Below, one piece after another: positions 57,117-64,000 of a stretch of 64,000 nucleotides of DNA (within the stretch, counting starts at the first letter, position 1; every line of letters starts with the position of its first letter). The stretch is from an uncultured Bacteroides sp. (GTDB lineage: Bacteria; Bacteroidota; Bacteroidia; Bacteroidales; Bacteroidaceae): positions 5,803 to 69,802 of the forward strand of contig CASENS010000035.1 of the NCBI GenBank assembly GCA_949289345.1. Reading direction: 5' to 3'. A program made the translations under genes and the position numbers. The notes beneath the pieces were generated by a model that saw only the letters and a list, made by a program, of their open reading frames with translations, had not been told where the DNA came from and did not search any database.

Positions 57117-60071
57117 ATGAATGTATATAGAAGACTTATGTTAGGAGCCGCAACGTTGCTTGCGACATCCGTAGCGATCGCCCAAGTCAACCTGTCCACG
57201 GAAAAAGAAGGTGCCCGCATATTTCCGTTGGTCAGTCCCCAAGGGAACGCAACGGTGTACTACGACAAGGCCGATTACATGGTCGTAAAAAAGACAGCGG
57301 AACTCTTTGCCGCAGACGTGAAACGTGTCACGGGTAAAGACATTGCACTCAGCCAGTCGGAAAAGAAGCGGGCCGAACACTGCATAATAGTAGGAACACT
57401 TGGACAGAACACTTTAATTAACAAATTGGTTGCCGATGGCAAACTGGATACCACTGATTTAACCGGACGCTGGGAGTGCTACTCCCTACAATTGGTACAG
57501 AAACCGATGCGAGGAGTGAAGCAAGCCTTAGTAATCATGGGTAGTGACCGTCGCGGCACAGCCTACGGACTACTTTCCATATCGCGCGCCATCGGCGTGT
57601 CTCCCTGGTACTGGTGGGCGGATGCTCCCATAAAACGACAGGAAAATCTTTACCTCACAGTAAATGACATGCATTCCAAGGAGCCATCAGTGAAGTATCG
57701 TGGCATATTCATTAATGACGAAGATTGGGGGCTACTGCGCTGGTCCAAACGGAACTTCGAGAAAGAACGGGGAAATATAGGGCCAAAGACCTATTCGAAG
57801 GTGTGCGAACTATTGCTACGCCTCCAAGCCAATTATCTGTGCCCCGCTATGCACGAAGCCTCAACGGCCTTTAATCAGATACCCGAAAACCGTCTGGTAG
57901 CAGACAGTTTCGCCATTGTCATGGGCACCTCCCATTGTGAACCGCTTCAATTCAATACAGCCAGTGAATGGAATAGCAAGACAATGGGCGAATGGGACTA
58001 CATAGGTAATCGTAACGGAGTAGACAGCGTATTGAAAGCCAGAGTAGTAGAAACAGCTCCTTTTGAGAACGTCTATACACTGGCACTACGCGGACTGCAT
58101 GACAAAGCCATGAAGGCAAGTAATGACATGGCCGACCGTAAGGATATGCTGCAGGAAGCCTTGATGAAACAGCGTCAAACACTGGCAGACGTCATCGGCA
58201 AGCCAGCCAACGAAATACCCCAAGCTTTCACCCCCTACAAAGAAGTGCTCGATGTGTATGACGAAGGTCTGGAACTACCCGAAGATGTCACCATCATTTG
58301 GCCGGATGACAACTACGGATACATGAAACGGCTGAGCAGCCCCAAGGAGCAGAAACGATCAGGCCGCTCAGGCGTCTACTACCACTCGTCCTACTTGGGC
58401 AAGCCACATGACCATCTGTGGATGAACACCACGTCGCCGACGCTGATGTACGAAGAACTGCGTAAGGCCTACGACATGACTGCCGACCGCATCTGGCTGC
58501 TAAATGCCGGAGATATCAAGTCCTGCGAGTTTGCAGTCGACTTCTTCCTCACTATGGCGTGGGACATCGACTCCTTCAATTTTGAGAGGGCGGCTACCTA
58601 CCGCACCGAGTGGCTGTGTAATCTTCTGGGCGATGAGTACCGCAAAGAGTATCTGGACATATGGAACGCATTCTATAAACTGGCATTCGCCCGACGGCCG
58701 GAATTCATGGGATGGGGCTATCAGTGGGCCACAGACAAACACGGACGCGAACGCAACACTGATACGGACTTCAGTCTTATCAACTACCGTGAGGCCGAGC
58801 TTCGCCTGGCAGAATACCGCCGCATAGGCGCTTTAACCGAACGTATCTACCGCAACCTGCCGGAGGATAAGAAAGCCTGCTTCTATCAAGTGATGTACTA
58901 TCCGGTAAAGGGATGCGAACTGCTGAACCGCATGATTCTTGACGGCCAACGAAATAGGTGGTACTCCATACAAGGACGAGCTGCTACGGAACGCTACGCC
59001 GAGTCGGCAAAACTGTGCCACGACAGTCTGGATGTCATTACTGAAGGATACAACAGCCTTCTGGGCGGTAAGTGGAACCACGTCATGACAATGAAGCAAG
59101 GCTTCGCAGCCGCCTACTTCGAGCTTCCTAAACTGCGCAGTGCCGAACTCTCTGAAAACGCCGTTTTAGGCATCATGGCCGAACAGGAAGACGTGCTCAA
59201 GAGCCAGCGGAGTTTCCATTCCTTACCTTGTTTCAGTGTCTACCTGCCCGACGTGTCGTATTACATCGACGTATTCAACAAGGGGGAAAAGCCGTTGACG
59301 TGGAAGGCCGTAACCTCCGACAAGTGGATCATCTTAAGCAAGAGCAACGGAAAGACGAATACCGAAGACCGTATTTACGTCACCATCGACTGGACAAAAG
59401 CTCCTGTGGGCGAACGCATCCTGGGCAAAGTAGACATCACAGCAAACGATGCCGGAAGGGAGACTGTATGGGTGTCTGCATTTAACCCCGTATCACCCGC
59501 CAAGGACGAACTATCCAAACTCTATGTGGAGAACAACGGATACATCTCGATTGACGCTGCCGGATACCACCGCAAGTTAGAGAACGACGCCATTCGGATG
59601 CGCCACATTCCCAACCTCGGTATCCATAACACTGCCGTACAACTTGGCGACCCCACAGCACCCCAGCAGCGCACTGCCGGTCGCAACACGCCGCGCTTAG
59701 AGTATGACTTCTATACCTTCGAGCAAGGCTCAGTAGATGTCTACACCTACGTACTACCTACGTTCGTCACAAGCGATGACCGTGGCTATGCCGGACACGA
59801 AGCGACCAACATCGAAACCAAGTACGGAGTATGCATTGACGAAGGACCGGTGATGAACCCCTCTACCTCGTCTTTCGAATACGCCCAGATATGGTATGAG
59901 AGTGTGCTGAAGAACTGTCGCATCAACAAGACAACCCTACACATCGACAAGCCCGGCCGCCACACGGTAAAAATTATCTGCGGTGACGCAGGTACCGTCC
60001 TACAGAAGATAGTGCTGGACTTCGGCGGCTTGAAGCGCTCATACTACGGACCTGAACCCTCGAAACAATAA
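57117..60071 (+). CDS. GH115-family alpha-glucuronidase-like protein
   Basis: 984 aa with a signal peptide. VKYRGIFINDEDWGLLRW and the overall length and organisation fit GH115. The call is by eye. Confidence 0.72.
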   Translation: MNVYRRLMLGAATLLATSVAIAQVNLSTEKEGARIFPLVSPQGNATVYYDKADYMVVKKTAELFAADVKRVTGKDIALSQSEKKRAEHCIIVGTLGQNTLINKLVADGKLDTTDLTGRWECYSLQLVQKPMRGVKQALVIMGSDRRGTAYGLLSISRAIGVSPWYWWADAPIKRQENLYLTVNDMHSKEPSVKYRGIFINDEDWGLLRWSKRNFEKERGNIGPKTYSKVCELLLRLQANYLCPAMHEASTAFNQIPENRLVADSFAIVMGTSHCEPLQFNTASEWNSKTMGEWDYIGNRNGVDSVLKARVVETAPFENVYTLALRGLHDKAMKASNDMADRKDMLQEALMKQRQTLADVIGKPANEIPQAFTPYKEVLDVYDEGLELPEDVTIIWPDDNYGYMKRLSSPKEQKRSGRSGVYYHSSYLGKPHDHLWMNTTSPTLMYEELRKAYDMTADRIWLLNAGDIKSCEFAVDFFLTMAWDIDSFNFERAATYRTEWLCNLLGDEYRKEYLDIWNAFYKLAFARRPEFMGWGYQWATDKHGRERNTDTDFSLINYREAELRLAEYRRIGALTERIYRNLPEDKKACFYQVMYYPVKGCELLNRMILDGQRNRWYSIQGRAATERYAESAKLCHDSLDVITEGYNSLLGGKWNHVMTMKQGFAAAYFELPKLRSAELSENAVLGIMAEQEDVLKSQRSFHSLPCFSVYLPDVSYYIDVFNKGEKPLTWKAVTSDKWIILSKSNGKTNTEDRIYVTIDWTKAPVGERILGKVDITANDAGRETVWVSAFNPVSPAKDELSKLYVENNGYISIDAAGYHRKLENDAIRMRHIPNLGIHNTAVQLGDPTAPQQRTAGRNTPRLEYDFYTFEQGSVDVYTYVLPTFVTSDDRGYAGHEATNIETKYGVCIDEGPVMNPSTSSFEYAQIWYESVLKNCRINKTTLHIDKPGRHTVKIICGDAGTVLQKIVLDFGGLKRSYYGPEPSKQ

Positions 60072-60090
60072 CCTCATATCCTAACAGAAC

Positions 60091-60126
60091 AGGGGCGTGT
60101 CTATCGAACGACGGATACGCCCCTGT
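60091..60126 (+). other. Intra-operon hairpin between the GH115 and EEP genes
   Basis: The 9-bp stem caggggcgt (60091-60099) / acgcccctg (60118-60126) encloses an 18-nt loop. No T-run follows, so it is not a canonical terminator. Confidence 0.4.
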
Positions 60127-60146
60127 CACATAAAACAAAAGAAACA

Positions 60147-61196
60147 ATGAGAAAACTCATACTTATACTGATAATCACACTGGGCCTGACAGGATATGCC
60201 AAAATCATTGCCCAGACACACAACTTCAAGGTGCTGCAACTCAACCTGTGGAACGGTGCCACAACCGTACCCGGAGGTTACGAAGGCTTCCTAAAATTAC
60301 TGGAGCAGACTGACCCCGATGTGGTATTCCTCTGTGAAATAAAAGACGGACCGCACTTCATGAAACGAGTAATAGACGCCATGAAACGCCACGGGCAAAC
60401 CTACTATGGCGAGACCTTTGGACTTGCCGTGGGCATACTCACGAAGTTTCCGCCCGACAGTTTGAGACAATGCTGCACCGTCATTGGCAATGAAGAACGC
60501 ACCATGGTGAAATTAGTCACCACCATCGGCCATCGGCAGGTAGCCTTCTACTCCTGCCACTTAGACCATCGCCACTATGCCTGCTACCTGCCCCGCGGAT
60601 ACGATGGTGCCACCTGGCGGAAGATGGACCGACCGGTGACGGACGAGGCGGAGATTCTGGCCGCTAATCGCCTGTCGTTCCGTGACGAGTCTGTCCGTGC
60701 ATTCCTGGCCGAAGCCCGGCACGACCTGAACCGGGGATGCGCAGTCATCTTAGGTGGCGATTTCAACGAACCGTCGCACTTGGACTGGCAAGATGACACG
60801 CGCACACGGTGGGACCACAATGGAGCGGTCATCAACTGGGAATGTTCCTGCATGTTGCAAAGTGCGGGCTTCAAAGACGCTTACCGCACAATCCATCCCA
60901 ACCCCGTGAGTTGTCCGGGCTTTACCTTTCCTGCAGGGAACCGCAAGGCAGAGGAAACCCAACCCGGCAAACTGGCTTGGGCACCCGAAGCCGATGAGCG
61001 CGACCGCATAGACTTCATCTACTTCCACCCTGCCAATCAACCGCTGCAACTCACGGACTGCATCTTAGTAGGACCCCAAGAAACGGTATTCCGGGGCACA
61101 ATCGTCCCAACACCAACGGCCGACTTCGTCCTCACTCCTGCCGGCATATGGCCCAGCGACCACCGCGGACAGTTGGCAACCTTCATATGGAAATAG
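60147..61196 (+). CDS. Endonuclease/exonuclease/phosphatase (EEP) family protein, secreted
   Basis: 349 aa with a signal peptide. VLQLNLWNG, VVFLCEI, ILGGDFNEPSHLDW and the C-terminal WPSDHRG are the EEP catalytic motifs. Confidence 0.8.
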   Translation: MRKLILILIITLGLTGYAKIIAQTHNFKVLQLNLWNGATTVPGGYEGFLKLLEQTDPDVVFLCEIKDGPHFMKRVIDAMKRHGQTYYGETFGLAVGILTKFPPDSLRQCCTVIGNEERTMVKLVTTIGHRQVAFYSCHLDHRHYACYLPRGYDGATWRKMDRPVTDEAEILAANRLSFRDESVRAFLAEARHDLNRGCAVILGGDFNEPSHLDWQDDTRTRWDHNGAVINWECSCMLQSAGFKDAYRTIHPNPVSCPGFTFPAGNRKAEETQPGKLAWAPEADERDRIDFIYFHPANQPLQLTDCILVGPQETVFRGTIVPTPTADFVLTPAGIWPSDHRGQLATFIWK

Positions 61197-61231
61197 TAGG
61201 GAATAGGTATCATGCTATGGATAAAAAGCAT

Positions 61232-61239
61232 TACATTTG
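61232..61239 (+). promoter_or_regulatory. -7 box (TAnnTTTG) for upp
   Basis: TACATTTG lies 22 nt upstream of the ATG at 61261. It overlaps the TTG at 61237 that the ORF track used as a start. Confidence 0.5.
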
Positions 61240-61260
61240 CATAAACATTACTTAAAAAGC

Positions 61261-61920
61261 ATGAAGATTATCAATTTTGCAGAGAAGAATTCCGTTCTCA
61301 ACCAATATGTTGCCGAGTTGCGCGACGTAAATGTTCAGACAGACCGTATGCGTTTCCGCCGCAACATCGAACGCATCGGCTCACTGATGGCTTATGAAAT
61401 GAGTAAGGAACTGACGTATTCCGTCAAACAGGTACAGACGCCATTGGGCATAGCCGAAGCCAGCACACCGGATGACGATTTGGTGATTGCAACCGTATTC
61501 CGTGCGGGATTGCCCATGCACATCGGTTTTCTGGACGTATTCGACCATGCGGGCAACGCTTTTGTCTCCGCCTACCGCTATTACACCGATGCGGAACACC
61601 GGCAAGTGGATGTGCATATCGAATACATCGCTACACCCGAACTGAACAATAAGACGTTGTTGCTGGTAGATCCTATGCTGGCCACCGGAGAAAGCATGGA
61701 ACTGGCCTATAAGGCTTTCTGCACCAAAGGACATCCCACACGCCTGCTCATAGCCTGCATCATTGCCAGCCGGCAAGGTGTGGAGCATTTACAGAAACTC
61801 TTCCCGCAGGATGATGTCACCCTGTGGTGCGCTGCCATTGACCCGGATTTAAATGAGCACGCCTACATCGTACCCGGCCTGGGCGATGCGGGCGACCTGG
61901 CTTACGGGGATAAAATGTAA
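61261..61920 (+). CDS. upp: Uracil phosphoribosyltransferase
   Basis: 219 aa from the ATG at 61261. PRPP-binding loop LLLVDPMLATGES and the C-terminal YIVPGLGDAGDLAYG. Confidence 0.93.
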   Translation: MKIINFAEKNSVLNQYVAELRDVNVQTDRMRFRRNIERIGSLMAYEMSKELTYSVKQVQTPLGIAEASTPDDDLVIATVFRAGLPMHIGFLDVFDHAGNAFVSAYRYYTDAEHRQVDVHIEYIATPELNNKTLLLVDPMLATGESMELAYKAFCTKGHPTRLLIACIIASRQGVEHLQKLFPQDDVTLWCAAIDPDLNEHAYIVPGLGDAGDLAYGDKM

Positions 61921-61934
61921 GATTCAGCTACAAG

Positions 61935-63539
61935 TTATACCATATCCTCTCCCGTGCGGATGACCGGTACGCGTACGGTCTTGTGGAAAGGAATGAAACG
62001 CGACACGATGGCAATGACCAGCGTCACCATGAACAACCAGCCCAAGATATGCTTCAAGGCGAGCAGGGTGCTTTGTTGTTGCAACACGGTGTAGAGGCTG
62101 TTGGTGGCCAGTTGCATGGCTTCATCGATGCCGTGGCCTTGCGCCAGGTTGCTTTCGAGGGTGGAGGTATAGCGCGAAGCCGCCAAGGGGTCGAGCATCG
62201 TCAGGTTTTCCGATAGTTGCACCAGGTAAGTCTGCTGCATGCGGTAGAGCACGTTGCTGTAGAAAGCCGAAGCAATGACCGGTGCCAGCACCGAGCGGAA
62301 GGTAATCAGGAAGAAGGCGTTATAGATGAGCAGATTGGGGCGCAGGTCTTCCACCACGAACAGGCCGAAGGCGATGAGCAGCACCATCATGCCCAGGCCC
62401 CGGAAGAACAGGGGCAGGAAGAGCATTTCGTAAGTGCTGTCGGGCGAAATAGTGAAGTAGAGTATGCCGAAGAAGAGGGCAAAACAGGCCATGCCTCCGG
62501 CTATGAGAAAACGAAACCGCCACCGTTGCCACCTGAACCACCAGAAGCAAAGGAAGGCACCCAGTACATAACCTGGGAGCAAGTATATATATAAGGTATA
62601 AGTATGCGTATTGTCCACGTGCAGGATGTTGGTCATGTAGTTACTGAGCAAGGTGGTGGAGGTAGAGAAAAACATGACCAACATCATGTAGAAGTATCCC
62701 AGTATCGCTTTCCATTGGAACAAGGGCTTCAGGCTGACGTATGGCTTGGGCGAACGGAACTGTTCCCAGAGAAAGAGTCCTATCAGCAGGGGAGCGATGA
62801 CGATGTAGGTGCAGATTTTTGGGGAAGCCATCCAGTCCAGAATCCGTCCGTAGATGAGGAGGTAGACCAGCATCAGCAGACCGGTGGAGATGATGAACAT
62901 CTCGCGCGGATGCAGTTCTTTCAGGGGAATGGGGCGCGAAGGGCGGTCGTGCCGCAGGAAGATGATGACCAGCAGGATGGACAGGATGAGCATCAGCATC
63001 ATGAAGTAGTACATGTATTTCCAGTCATAATGATAGGCCAGCAGGGCGGTGACCACCATCGAGAGCTGTCCGCCGCTGAACACCAGCGGATAGAAGTAAG
63101 CATAAAACTCGCTTCGCACGTCGGCCGGGCTGAACACGCACTTGATGCGCCGGATGAGCCACAGCATAAGGAATCCTTTGAGGAACCCGATGATGAAACT
63201 GAAGCATATCATGAGGTCGGTACTGGCCGAACGGGCACAAATCCAACTTAGAAGAAACTGCAAGGTGAGGTCGACCAGCAACAATGACTTGCTGGAGATG
63301 GCGTTCAGCACCTTGGGTACAATGGGATAGGCAATGGCCATGCCAGCCGATGCGGCATAGTAGCCGATGGTGATGTCCTCAGTATAAGCACCCAGGGTGT
63401 TACTCACTTCCACCATGCTGCCGGTATAAGCGCCGTTGAGCATGGTCACAGGTAGGACGATGAAGAATACAAGGGCTATGGCCAGCCAGTCGGGTACCCA
63501 GCGGCGTACGGGGATGTCGAGTTGTTGGGCGGTCATCAT
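61935..63539 (-). CDS. MFS efflux transporter (DHA2/EmrB-like, ~14 TM)
   Basis: 534 aa and hydrophobic throughout. It lies immediately downstream of a HlyD/EmrA-type gene on the same strand, with a 6-nt gap. Confidence 0.8.
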   Translation of the reverse strand: MMTAQQLDIPVRRWVPDWLAIALVFFIVLPVTMLNGAYTGSMVEVSNTLGAYTEDITIGYYAASAGMAIAYPIVPKVLNAISSKSLLLVDLTLQFLLSWICARSASTDLMICFSFIIGFLKGFLMLWLIRRIKCVFSPADVRSEFYAYFYPLVFSGGQLSMVVTALLAYHYDWKYMYYFMMLMLILSILLVIIFLRHDRPSRPIPLKELHPREMFIISTGLLMLVYLLIYGRILDWMASPKICTYIVIAPLLIGLFLWEQFRSPKPYVSLKPLFQWKAILGYFYMMLVMFFSTSTTLLSNYMTNILHVDNTHTYTLYIYLLPGYVLGAFLCFWWFRWQRWRFRFLIAGGMACFALFFGILYFTISPDSTYEMLFLPLFFRGLGMMVLLIAFGLFVVEDLRPNLLIYNAFFLITFRSVLAPVIASAFYSNVLYRMQQTYLVQLSENLTMLDPLAASRYTSTLESNLAQGHGIDEAMQLATNSLYTVLQQQSTLLALKHILGWLFMVTLVIAIVSRFIPFHKTVRVPVIRTGEDMV

Positions 63540-63545
63540 ACGCGT

Positions 63546-64000
63546 TTATCTCTTTTTCAATGCCTCGGTTTCTACCATCATGCCGGCACGCAGCCGGGCC
63601 ATGTCCTGGGGCGATACACTATCCAGATCGATGCGTACGGGGATGCGTTGCTGCACCTTGACAAAATTGCCGGCCGAGTTGTCCGTAGGCACTAAGGAGT
63701 ATTTGGAGCCGGTAGCTTCGGAGATGGCGGTGACGTGACCATGAAACACTTTGCCCGGCACTCCGTCCACCCGGATGCGCACAGGCTGACCGATGTAGAT
63801 GTTGGCTATCTGGGTTTCGCGATAGTTGGCCGTTATCCATTTGTCGGATTGTCGGACGAGGTAGGACAGGGTCTGACCGGCCGATACGTATTGTCCCGGT
63901 TCCAGGGTGCGGCGTCCCATGTATCCGTCATACGGTGCCGTGACTACAGTGTAGGACAGGTTGAGGTTGGCCAGGTCGAGGGCGGCTTCGGCTCGCAGGA
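63546..64000 (-). CDS. HlyD/EmrA-family membrane-fusion protein (N-terminus runs off the right edge)
   Basis: The frame stays open upstream of the track's Met: ...AEAALDLANLNLSYTVVTAPYDGYMGRRTLEPGQYVSAGQTL...GNFVKVQQRIPVRIDL, the typical HlyD C-terminal barrel. Confidence 0.85.
   Translation of the reverse strand, partial: LRAEAALDLANLNLSYTVVTAPYDGYMGRRTLEPGQYVSAGQTLSYLVRQSDKWITANYRETQIANIYIGQPVRIRVDGVPGKVFHGHVTAISEATGSKYSLVPTDNSAGNFVKVQQRIPVRIDLDSVSPQDMARLRAGMMVETEALKKR

Noticed and set aside
61237-61260. TTG start giving an 8-residue N-terminal extension of upp
   Set aside because: The TTG lies inside the TACATTTG -7 box. The ATG at 61261 gives the canonical Upp N-terminus.
1-64000. Search for tRNA, rRNA, tmRNA, integrase, transposase and phage genes
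   Set aside because: I scanned the intergenic regions for T-arm GGTTCGAA-type motifs and the ORF list for recombinase or transposase motifs and found none. A tRNAscan/Infernal run would be the definitive check.

Overview
This is a Bacteroidales-type chromosomal segment. The assignment rests on SusC/SusD pairs, two hybrid two-component systems (HTCS) and recurrent TAnnTTTG -7 promoter boxes; I make no species call. Hand counts on sample lines give about 50-57% GC, with one AT-rich island. From left to right the window contains: (1) PUL 1, a partial SusD and a SusC on the minus strand with a divergent HTCS. (2) Housekeeping genes for an aminopeptidase P and a gamma-carbonic-anhydrase-like protein. 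(3) PUL 2, all on the minus strand: a GH43 fused to a large unassigned domain, a second GH43, SusD, SusC, GH2 and GH31, plus a divergent GH63-like hydrolase. (4) An accessory patch: an orphan 341-aa protein, a PepSY-like lipoprotein, a LacI-type HTH-only ORF, an outer-membrane beta-barrel protein and an Ig/propeller-like lipoprotein. The last two genes lie in the AT-rich island. (5) metG. (6) A small glycan locus built around a NeuB-type nonulosonic-acid pathway (wzx, two GT2, a KdsC-like phosphatase, NeuB-like synthase, SpsF-like cytidylyltransferase, GH28). (7) ribD, prmC and an ADP-forming acyl-CoA synthetase. (8) A second HTCS followed by a tight GH105-GH2-GH130-GH115-EEP operon with no SusC/SusD. 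(9) upp and a partial MFS/HlyD efflux pair. I saw no rRNA, tRNA, CRISPR array, integrase or transposase. The unexplained structure is mostly non-coding. It includes a roughly 105-bp GC-rich hairpin element with terminal inverted repeats that fills two intergenic regions in the glycan locus. There is a related palindromic element in a 5' leader, a three-arm inverted-repeat element present twice with compensatory arm changes, and a phased triple palindrome with exact 22-bp spacing. A sharp compositional break also falls inside the beta-barrel ORF. All family assignments come from reading motifs by eye, with no database search, so they are hypotheses of varying strength.
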